The translations under genes were made by a program, and so were the position numbers. A stretch of DNA of 64,000 nucleotides from Candidatus Thorarchaeota archaeon (GTDB lineage: Archaea > Asgardarchaeota > Thorarchaeia > Thorarchaeales > Thorarchaeaceae). Position 1 is the stretch's first letter; each line of letters opens with the position of its first letter. Positions 1 to 7,604 of the stretch are shown in pieces. The stretch spans positions 64,001-128,000 of the forward strand of contig JAWOEX010000021.1 of assembly GCA_046482545.1 (NCBI GenBank), read 5' to 3'. Under the pieces are notes generated by a model. That model saw nothing but the letters and a program-made list of their open reading frames with translations, searched no databases and had not been told where the DNA came from.

Positions 1-315
1 CCCACGACGCGTTTCATCATTATCAATCAAATCATCATGAAGAAGCGAACCGTTGTGAAGAAACTCCACGGAACATGCTGCAAGATAGAGATGCTCCACT
101 TCGTTCCGTTCCTTAATCGCCTTGTAACCGGTAGAGACAAGAATGGGGCGCAGTCGTTTACCGCCGCGCATCATGTATTCTTTCACATGACCATAGTACT
201 TTCTGTGAACGTCACCGAGTCTACTGACCTCCTCGATTCTTGAATCCAAGTACTCTTCCAAGGCTTCATTTACCAATTCATATTCGGTATCCACAATCTC
301 TTGATAGCCTGTCAA
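1..315 (-). CDS. idsA: Polyprenyl diphosphate (GGPP) synthase, 5' part; runs off the window start
   Basis: Not in the ORF track. Manual minus-strand translation from TTG at 315 (GGAGGA upstream): MTGYQEIVDTEYELVNEALEEYL...MMRGGKRLRPILV...SVEFLHNGSLLHDDLIDNDETRRG, containing the GGKRLRP and first DDxxD/RRG motifs of trans-isoprenyl diphosphate synthases. Confidence 0.9.
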   Translation of the reverse strand, partial: MTGYQEIVDTEYELVNEALEEYLDSRIEEVSRLGDVHRKYYGHVKEYMMRGGKRLRPILVSTGYKAIKERNEVEHLYLAACSVEFLHNGSLLHDDLIDNDETRRG

Positions 316-507
316 GGTCGCTCCTCCGCACTTGATACTCTGGATTCAGATAATTCCTCCTTTTTAGCATTTCTCAATCTGTCGAAGTACATTACAACAT
401 TAAGCTTAGTCTATGAAAGGGCAATGGAGATGTCGAAGCGAATTCAGACGAGTCGAAAAGGCATCAAGATTAGGCTTATTTGCCTAGTTTTACCCATACA
501 TCGTGAT

Positions 508-1947
508 ATGAAAACAGTACCCTCTCGAATTCTTCTGGCTATGATTCTCACCATGATTGTGACAGCTGGTGTATCGACATTTCCAGTAAGAGCGGTAGGA
601 GAATACAAGCTTGTCCAAATCGATCCAAGTAATCATGTCCCAGACTATTATGCGGTTGAAATCCCCTGGTTTCAACAAGAAAACAGTATATCATGTGGGC
701 CAGCTTGCCTCAAAATGGTTTTCGCTAAGCATGATTGGACAATTATCGAAGAAGAGATTCAGCAAGCCGCTAACATGAAGCCATCTCATGGTGGGACTTT
801 GACGACTGATATGGTCAGAGCTGCACATTTCAGCAACAGGAGTACAGCCCTTGATAATGCAAGTCTTCGCGGTTACACATCCAAACCTTGTGGAAGTGAT
901 TCAGTGGGCTCACGACCAACCGACGAAAACAAGGTCGATATGCTCAAACAATTCTTGCTTCAGGAACAAAGCCCCATACTCTTGATGTGGTACACCGTAG
1001 CTCACAATTACGGTCATTACAGGATACTGCGAGCATACGATGATAGATCAGAAACTCTCTACTTTGCTGATCCTATGGGCTACAATGCCACCCTTGGAGT
1101 GAATTGGACCCTGCCCTATGATGAGTTCATCAACGACTGGTGGTCATATAGCGGCTATTGGTTGCAAGTCATTTCTGATTGGAATATCGAGATATCTGTA
1201 AATGAGTCGGTATCTGAGCCATCAAGTTATGCCGTGAATGCAACAATCAGTACAGGGATAGAACAGAATCTTAGAGACCCACAATCAATTCTTCGGGCCT
1301 GTTCAGCTAGACTAAACCTTCCAAACGGCTGGGAACTGAACTCGGGAACCAGTGAGACACCAATTGAATTCAACCAGCAAGGTGTCACGTCCGTTCGATG
1401 GGAAATAACTCAACAGGATAGAAGTGAGCAAGGCAATATCACGGTAACTGCTAGGGGCCGTATTGGCGGACAAACTGCATCCTATGACTCATACGAAGAC
1501 CTGATCTGCACATCAGAGGGCGTAGACATTTTTGCGCTTCAGAAACCATCCCTTGGGAAGATTAACATAGGGCATACAGATGAGGGCTTAGAAGTTCTAG
1601 CGAGCATAAGAAATCCAAATCTTGTCAGAAGCTGTAAGCTGCTTTGGAGAAATAATCCCACCAATTGGAAAACAGTACCTATGGAAGCAGTTGATTCAGA
1701 GTCGTATTCTGCTAGTATGACAATTCCTGAGCCGAGAATGGAGAAGAATGAATCGGTTCAAATCAGGTTCGTTCTTACTGATGAGAACAGTGAATTGACA
1801 CAGACAGCAGCATATGAGTACAGATTCTATGAGTCGCCTGTTACAGTCGTCCCTATGATAATAGGAGGTGTAGTAATAGTGACTGTTGTCGCAATAATCG
1901 TACTACTACATCAAATCGGACTTCTTAGACTGAATGCACAAGAGTAG
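508..1947 (+). CDS. Secreted, C-terminally membrane-anchored C39-like (papain-fold) cysteine peptidase
   Basis: Signal-peptide-like N-terminus from MKTVPSRILLAMIL; QQENSISCGPACLKMV (Q..C), YGHYRIL (His), YFADP (Asp); C-terminal hydrophobic helix. Start chosen at ATG 508 within ORF 301..1947. Confidence 0.75.
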   Translation: MKTVPSRILLAMILTMIVTAGVSTFPVRAVGEYKLVQIDPSNHVPDYYAVEIPWFQQENSISCGPACLKMVFAKHDWTIIEEEIQQAANMKPSHGGTLTTDMVRAAHFSNRSTALDNASLRGYTSKPCGSDSVGSRPTDENKVDMLKQFLLQEQSPILLMWYTVAHNYGHYRILRAYDDRSETLYFADPMGYNATLGVNWTLPYDEFINDWWSYSGYWLQVISDWNIEISVNESVSEPSSYAVNATISTGIEQNLRDPQSILRACSARLNLPNGWELNSGTSETPIEFNQQGVTSVRWEITQQDRSEQGNITVTARGRIGGQTASYDSYEDLICTSEGVDIFALQKPSLGKINIGHTDEGLEVLASIRNPNLVRSCKLLWRNNPTNWKTVPMEAVDSESYSASMTIPEPRMEKNESVQIRFVLTDENSELTQTAAYEYRFYESPVTVVPMIIGGVVIVTVVAIIVLLHQIGLLRLNAQE

Positions 1948-2000
1948 TAGTTCATGTAGAAGGATATTGGGCCATCAACACCGGGGCTGCTGCTTTGACC

Positions 2001-2915
2001 TTATACGTAGAGTCTTCCCCGTAAGACAGTTACAGCCTTACCGCTGACCTTGACTTGGTTAATCTTCTCTTCATTACCTCTGATTTCCACGTACACCTTC
2101 CCTGGACGGCCAACAAAGTCTCCTTGTTCAATTACTATGCTGGTAACTGGATTAGAAGAATCCATCATACCGTATTTTACCATGTATGACGCCATCCCAC
2201 CCGCTGCAGACCCGCTTACTGGATCCTCGGGAACACCTAGACCAGGCGCAAAATGACGGGCATGAGCATCAGAAGTTTCCTCCCTTGCATCACGGGTGAA
2301 AACCTGAATAGAAACGTAATCGGAATCCTTGCGTAGCTCCTGAAGAGCTTTCCAGTCAGGACGAATTCTCTCAAGAGATCTGTATGTATTGACAGGAATC
2401 ATCAGGTGAGGAGTCCCAGTCGAGACAGTTTGAATGGGCTTCGGGGACATGATATCTGCAAGAGTCAAGCCAAGGGCGTTTGCATATTCCTTCGGATCGT
2501 AGCTTGTCAAGAATTGTGGGGGTTGATGCGTAATCTGAATTTCATAAACCTGAGAGCGTTCGTTTTGAACCACCTCTACTTCAAAGACACCTGTATTGGT
2601 TTCAAACGTAAACATTGTGATGTGATTCGTGGCCTGAGCGATGCCTTCACTCAGCAATGCATTAAACGCAGCTACAGTTGCATGACCTGAGAAATTGATT
2701 TCACGGTCTGGTGTCATGTACCTGAACCGATAATCGGCTATATCAGAATCCGATACGTAGACTGTTTCCCTTACATTGAACTCCCGCGAGATTTTGTGCA
2801 TCATTTCCCTGCCAAGCTCATCAGCACCTAGAATGACTGTTGCAGGATTGCCTCCGAAGGGCACGTCGGTAAATGCATCAACATGCACAACATCGAATTC
2901 ATATTCGTGAGACAT
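2001..2915 (-). CDS. PhzF family (diaminopimelate epimerase-like) isomerase
   Basis: VDAFTDVPFGGNPA, EINFSGHAT, EDPVSGSAAG, IEQGDFVGRPG motifs. Confidence 0.9.
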   Translation of the reverse strand: MSHEYEFDVVHVDAFTDVPFGGNPATVILGADELGREMMHKISREFNVRETVYVSDSDIADYRFRYMTPDREINFSGHATVAAFNALLSEGIAQATNHITMFTFETNTGVFEVEVVQNERSQVYEIQITHQPPQFLTSYDPKEYANALGLTLADIMSPKPIQTVSTGTPHLMIPVNTYRSLERIRPDWKALQELRKDSDYVSIQVFTRDAREETSDAHARHFAPGLGVPEDPVSGSAAGGMASYMVKYGMMDSSNPVTSIVIEQGDFVGRPGKVYVEIRGNEEKINQVKVSGKAVTVLRGRLYV

Positions 2916-3380
2916 CTTATGGGCATCTCCTTGAAGCATTATTATTCAGTACGCTAATTAACGATTCCATTGGCCTCATAGTATGAATGAAGCGGAACAA
3001 GAACAATCATTCATCATTTCCAGCAGAGAGAGAATATGAAACCTAAACCATGATTGAATGAGATACAACAGCGGCATGCGAATATCAGCATCAAGCGGAT
3101 TTTCATTCGTCTCGTCAACCTGAAATAACTGACTACTGATGTCTAGTAAAATCCAAGGGTTGGATATGACCTGATTATGAAACAGCCGCTCAGCATCTCT
3201 TGTTCTTATGTATTCGAGTCCTACATCAGGCTAATTCTCATCATTTTGACTCGCATCGTATTCGTTGTGTCAGATAATACTGTTTGCTGAACTGTGGTGC
3301 TGAACAAGCGTCCGGATGCAAAAAGGGGAATCTAGGCAATCAGGCCGCACAACATTATTATTTGTAGACTATGTGCTAAG

Positions 3381-4200
3381 GGCCAAGTGGGTATCCGTCT
3401 CCACGGAGCACGGAGGTTGAGGGTGTTGAATTTGCCTTCACCTAACAGAGAACAGCAATCATCGGACACAGGGTATCAAGTCCTGGAGAGTCCGCGGCTG
3501 TTCACCATGTCCAGACGGACCTCCTCAGCTACGGTGACAAGGCTGAGGTGGGTGATCATGACCACGCCGTGGCAAGAACTGTGGAAGACCTCGCTGTCAC
3601 CGGGAGTGATGATCCGGGATGACGACAGGAGGAGGAAGCCAGGACCGCGGGAGGAATCCCATTCCGATGAACGTAGACAAAGCCCTGCTAACTCACGGGC
3701 CTACGGGTACCTTGGGGGCGGTGACGCTGGCAGGGGAAGGCCGGAACACAGAAGTTTCAAACAGTGTACGCAACTGTAAGAAACAGGTCATCTGGAGCTC
3801 CTCACTAGGAGGGAGCTGGCGGGACATAGATTGCGAAGAATGTTCACCTAGGGGCACTCGGCTGCTAACGCAGCTGAGTATGTTGAACTCTTCGATAGGA
3901 ACACCGTTGCCCGCCAGAGTTCCCAGAGAACCTGTAGTAGTCATATCAATTAGACTCATTGGCGACAACTCCACAGTTGCCGGTTTTCGAGGGCTCCAGG
4001 TTCACCTTACAATCTGTTTCTTGTAATTGAGTGAGAGCAACTTCGTAAGACTTCTGTACTCCACCTAGTCGATAATGAAGAGCTGACTGCGTCAAGTAAG
4101 CTCTCAATGCATTTGAAGGTCTGGATCAAGAAAAGTAGGAAGCAGTACTTAGATGCTCACCGGGAAGGCCAGAAAGAGAGTGCAGATGCAAAGAATCCAA
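3381..4200 (+). ncRNA. Putative large structured non-coding RNA of unknown family (core 3381-4024, probable 3' extension to ~4200)
   Basis: GC-richer than its flanks, no credible ORF. More than 10 helices readable by eye, including nested long-range pairs 3778-3789/4012-4023, 3816-3823/3910-3917, 3450-3456/3497-3503 and 3928-3934/3997-4003. Non-Watson-Crick positions are G-U on the + strand. TATA-like TTATTATT at ~3355. Confidence 0.7.
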
Positions 4201-4224
4201 TTGAATTTGTAGATAATAGAAACA

Positions 4225-4358
4225 AAGCAAAAAGGTGGCGACCACGCGATCGTGGTAGGAGGGGGGAGTTTCGTAATTGAGGGCATGTAACGAAAAACTA
4301 GACGCGTGATCGCCTCAATTCATTCATGCCATTCCAACTACGTTTTCTTTCCTATCAC
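4225..4358 (-). ncRNA. Putative small structured RNA, copy 1
   Basis: 52-nt core (4252-4303) identical to copy 2, enclosed by 12-bp stem 4237-4248/4303-4314 whose single C-A on + is G-U on -. U-rich 3' tail on the minus strand; TATA-like element at 4382-4389. Confidence 0.7.
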
Positions 4359-4634
4359 GAATTTTGTATACCGCCGACTTCTTATTAAACTTCCGATTGT
4401 AGACTAGTTTAGTAGACTTTAACTTCTATGGAACTCGGTTACTCTTTCGAAGTATCAAGTCTGAGTTTTTTGGTATTCGAAAATATTGGGAAAGAAGATG
4501 CATGAAAGTCTACAAAAGCGTAACCAAAGTCGAAGCCAGAAGAACTTCTAGAGGCATAGAAGGTGACGAGTGCGCGGATATAGTGGTAGGAGGGGGGAGT
4601 TTCGTAATTGAGGGCATGTAACGAAAAACTAGAC
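4252..4634. repeat. Perfect 52-bp direct repeat, two copies (4252-4303 and 4583-4634)
   Basis: GTGGTAGGAGGGGGGAGTTTCGTAATTGAGGGCATGTAACGAAAAACTAGAC occurs twice, 331 bp apart. Confidence 0.95.
4376..4395 (-). promoter_or_regulatory. Probable BRE/TATA promoter of small RNA copy 1
   Basis: Minus strand CGGAAG-TTTAATAAGAAGTC; the 13-mer TTAATAAGAAGTC is shared with copy 2 at an equivalent distance from the predicted 5' end. Confidence 0.6.
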
Positions 4635-4684
4635 CACGCACTCGCCTTGTTTATTCGTCATACCCTATGTTTTCCACCAATCAC
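4555..4684 (-). ncRNA. Putative small structured RNA, copy 2
   Basis: 52-nt core (4583-4634) enclosed by 13-bp stem 4565-4577/4634-4646 of different sequence from copy 1; two A-C/C-A on + are G-U on -. Same promoter motif at 4701-4713. Confidence 0.7.
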
Positions 4685-4700
4685 AGGGTTCTAGAAAATG

Positions 4701-4719
4701 GACTTCTTATTAACTTTTG
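4701..4719 (-). promoter_or_regulatory. Probable BRE/TATA promoter of small RNA copy 2
   Basis: Minus strand CAAAAG-TTAATAAGAAGTC. Confidence 0.6.
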
Positions 4720-4831
4720 TAAAGCAGACCATTTTAACTCGGGTAAGACAAAGATGAATCAGAATGGGTTTAATCTATCAAGATTGTTCTCAAATGATGG
4801 AATGGGGGGAACGCCCCTAGAGTATTCATTC

Positions 4832-6481
4832 TTACTCGTAGGGGTGTGAGATGCTTTCCTCTTCCATTTTGTCAGGGCGACTGCGTTTCCTCCACTCCTT
4901 TATTGGCATACTGAACTTGTCCTCAACCCTGTCACGATGGATAGTATTCATAGTGCAGAATGGGATGATTCTTCCGTCAGGAACACTGTAATTGATATCA
5001 CAGTGCTGCACACGCTCCAAGTCGAAATTGTACGGATCTTGGAAGTGCATCATACCAATCATGATAATGCGGTGCATAAACTCAGATAGTGAGTCATAAT
5101 CGCCTTTCTTCAGAAAAGCACCAAGCAAATCTTTCATCAATCCTTTTCGCTTGACATGGCGCAGTCCTGCGGCTAGTTTGGCTTTGGCCCGCTTGCCGGC
5201 AGCGAACTTCCCATCCGCATAGAGATTGCAGATGCCTTCCATAAGCTCAATGAATTTATCCACATCGATAAGATTGGTAATCGGCTCGTATCTCCCATCT
5301 TCATTGATGTAAATGAAGGTAGCCATACCACAGGCAAAGTGAGCACTAAGTTCCAATTGTGGAGTTCCTTTCATGAGCCCCATTGCTCGACCGATAGGCA
5401 TCATTCCCGGCACCGGATACCATTCTGATGCGGGAATTTTGCCATCAGTCTGTTCTTCGATTTTGTGAATCACATCGGGGATTGTTATTCGCATTTCTTG
5501 CCGCTTCTCATAATCAATCCGTCCTGTGATGCTGACAGGCTGGAAGTTCACACAACGAACAACGTCCTGGTTCTCCACAGCAAACTCGATAATATCGCCA
5601 ACCTGATCATCGTTTACACCTCGTACAACTGTAGGGACAAGGACAATCGAATCTAGGCCCACCTCTCTGCAGTTTTCGATGGCCTGCTTCTTCAACGGCA
5701 GCAGGTTCATCCCTCGTGCCGCTTCATAGGGCTCGGGTGTCACACCATCAAACTGCATGTAGATTGTCGACAGACCAGCTTCTTCGAGCTCTTTGGTATA
5801 TTCAAGTGATTTACCAAGGCGTATGGCATTGGTTGCAATCTCAGTATGCTTGAAACCAACGTCTTTGGCCCAGCGAAGATACTGTGGAAGATGCTTGCTG
5901 ACGGTAGGTTCGCCCCCTGCAAATTGAAGTGCTGGAGTTGGAACAGGCTTGTTGCTTCGAAGGTTCTTCATCATTTCTAGAACCTCTTCAGGAGTTGGCT
6001 CATACACTTCACCAGATTCTGCGGCGTGAGCGAAACAAATGGGGCATCGGAGGTTACACCTATTGGTGACATCAAGAAGAGCAAGTGCAGTATGCGATTT
6101 GTGCTCTGGGCACTGACCACAATCTTCTGGACAACCGTGTACAGTCTCTGTGCGAGGGTTATCAAGGCCTACTGTTTTGTACCACCACTTCTGGGCTTTC
6201 CTGAACATGTCGGCATCGCCCCAGTAGACATCTATAAACTCTCCATGTTTCTCACATTCTTTCTTGTACATAACCTTGCCATCTTCTTCGTAAAGAGTAG
6301 CATCAATGACATTAACCTCATCATCTGCTAACAGGCAATCAGGGCATATGGATTGGGTAGTATATGGTAGCTGACGTATCTCGTGTTTCTCAACGTGAAA
6401 TCGTGAGATATCATGCTCTTCATCTTCGAAAGGAAGCTCACTAGAAGGAACTGGTTCAATATCTGGTTCCATGAAAATCAA
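4832..6481 (-). CDS. tes: Radical SAM tetraether lipid synthase (Tes / GDGT-MAS, MJ0619 family)
   Basis: N-terminal SICPDC...CEKHG, GCPEDCGQCPEHKSHTAL, radical SAM CNLRCPIC, GGEPT, C-terminal FQDPYNFDLERVQHCDINY..DGRIIPFC. Confidence 0.85.
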   Translation of the reverse strand: MIFMEPDIEPVPSSELPFEDEEHDISRFHVEKHEIRQLPYTTQSICPDCLLADDEVNVIDATLYEEDGKVMYKKECEKHGEFIDVYWGDADMFRKAQKWWYKTVGLDNPRTETVHGCPEDCGQCPEHKSHTALALLDVTNRCNLRCPICFAHAAESGEVYEPTPEEVLEMMKNLRSNKPVPTPALQFAGGEPTVSKHLPQYLRWAKDVGFKHTEIATNAIRLGKSLEYTKELEEAGLSTIYMQFDGVTPEPYEAARGMNLLPLKKQAIENCREVGLDSIVLVPTVVRGVNDDQVGDIIEFAVENQDVVRCVNFQPVSITGRIDYEKRQEMRITIPDVIHKIEEQTDGKIPASEWYPVPGMMPIGRAMGLMKGTPQLELSAHFACGMATFIYINEDGRYEPITNLIDVDKFIELMEGICNLYADGKFAAGKRAKAKLAAGLRHVKRKGLMKDLLGAFLKKGDYDSLSEFMHRIIMIGMMHFQDPYNFDLERVQHCDINYSVPDGRIIPFCTMNTIHRDRVEDKFSMPIKEWRKRSRPDKMEEESISHPYE

Positions 6482-6598
6482 ATCCTTGCTTATCTTTTGC
6501 CACCACTGAACGGAGTGGTATTCTATTGGTAGACCTTCTAGAATGAATATAACCTTTATCCAACGAATTATAATCTTAATCGTCGGAGTCTTGCGGAG

Positions 6599-6952
6599 TT
6601 AAGTCTCCATAACGAGAACATATCCCTTGGTAAAGGCCCCTCTTGAGGCGTTCTTCTTTTTCCGGATCTTTTCAATAGCTGCTTTCTCAATTCCTCTAAG
6701 CTTCAGAAGAGTATCAATTGCCTCAATGATATCAGCGATTTCTTCGACCTCCCCGGACTCCGAAAGCTCTATAGCTTCCTCCACAATCTTGGCGCGAAGC
6801 AATTCATCCATTTCTTCACGTGATGCGATTCGAATCCTTGGTTCTTCACCACTCTGATGAATTAATTCCGGTATTTTATCCCGCACGAGTTTCTCTCGTG
6901 TCAAAATCAAATCACCATTTGTTTGTTTCAATTCACTAAAGCACAAGCGCAA
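6599..6952 (-). CDS. MazG-like / phosphoribosyl-ATP pyrophosphohydrolase-like NTP pyrophosphatase
   Basis: KLVRDKIPELI...KIVEEAIEL...EEIADIIE...KNASRGAF pattern; true start probably somewhat downstream of 6952. Confidence 0.8.
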   Translation of the reverse strand: MRLCFSELKQTNGDLILTREKLVRDKIPELIHQSGEEPRIRIASREEMDELLRAKIVEEAIELSESGEVEEIADIIEAIDTLLKLRGIEKAAIEKIRKKKNASRGAFTKGYVLVMET

Positions 6953-7604
6953 CTTCTAATTGATCGTCAGCAATACTTGTAAATTCATCAAATGCCGCTT
7001 CAATCTTATCAGAGATTTCTGATGACCATACCTCGCCGGCTCCACGAGATACATTGTCTGCCATCTTCTCAAAGGGAAGAAATTGGAGGTGTCTATCTGC
7101 ATCAACGGATAGTGTCCCTATCCATTGCCCTTCTTCAAGAATCTCATACATTGGTGAGCGATCCCGCAATTCTGTAGCAGGAATAGCAACCCAGAAGAAG
7201 GATAATCCGTTGAACTGCGCGGCTTTTCCCACTCCGATAACGTAGCTGTCCATCTCACCCTTGGCCATTTCTAAGTCATAGAGAATACCTATGCGACAAT
7301 TCAGGCATTGATTGAATTCTATACCATCCCCACTCGAATCCATGTATGCTATACCGTTCTTCTCAACGTTATTGTCGTTACAATGCGGACAGAGATTGAT
7401 GCCCCAACGAACCTCTTGATAGTCTTCAAGAGCACCGTTGAGGATTCTCTGTCTTGCATTACTAAAAGCAGATTGGACTGCTTCGATTCCTTTGTTCTCC
7501 ATTTTTTCTCGAATGGCAGACCAAACTTCAAGCAGATTCTGCCACCTAATTTGCAAGATAAGGTCTGCTAATTCGTCAAGCGATTTTTCAGATAGATTAG
7601 CCAA
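6936..7604 (-). CDS. Hypothetical protein with zinc-ribbon-like CxxC pair
   Basis: 222-aa ORF with CPHC...CLNC; overlaps the next gene in operon fashion. Confidence 0.6.
   Translation of the reverse strand: MANLSEKSLDELADLILQIRWQNLLEVWSAIREKMENKGIEAVQSAFSNARQRILNGALEDYQEVRWGINLCPHCNDNNVEKNGIAYMDSSGDGIEFNQCLNCRIGILYDLEMAKGEMDSYVIGVGKAAQFNGLSFFWVAIPATELRDRSPMYEILEEGQWIGTLSVDADRHLQFLPFEKMADNVSRGAGEVWSSEISDKIEAAFDEFTSIADDQLEVALVL

Noticed and set aside
301-507. N-terminal 69 aa of ORF 301..1947
   Set aside because: Overlaps the start and promoter region of the divergent GGPP synthase; the signal peptide begins at ATG 508.
2975-3230. About 85-codon stop-free stretch on the minus strand
   Set aside because: No start codon near its 5' end and no recognisable motif.
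3388-3620. Multi-selenocysteine reading frame (several in-frame TGA codons upstream of ORF 3619)
   Set aside because: Asgard archaea can use Sec, but there is no plausible start codon, no redox motif context and no recognisable SECIS, and the TGAs fall within predicted helices and linkers.
3387-4026. ORFs 3387..3779 (+), 3619..4026 (+) and 3693..3974 (-) as protein genes
   Set aside because: Mutually overlapping, Arg/Ser/Gly/Pro-rich with no motifs, unlike the acidic proteome of this window; better explained as chance ORFs in a GC-rich structured RNA.
3381-4200. RNase P RNA, SRP RNA, rRNA fragment or group I/II intron
   Set aside because: Only partial look-alikes (GAGGAAGCC at ~3632, ACAGAAG at ~3748) that do not form P4; no SRP helix-8 GGAAGGGAGCA, no group II domain V, no group I P7 context. 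A covariance-model search is still needed to exclude a very divergent RNase P RNA.
4252-4634. CRISPR array or IS/MITE ends
   Set aside because: Only two copies of 52 bp, separated by a 279-bp spacer; no cas genes, transposase, terminal inverted repeats or target-site duplication.
4225-4684. H/ACA or C/D guide RNAs, or type I toxin mRNAs
   Set aside because: No K-turn/K-loop tandem GA, no ACA box (ACC instead), no C/D boxes; the micro-ORFs are 9-10 aa, non-hydrophobic and not conserved in sequence.
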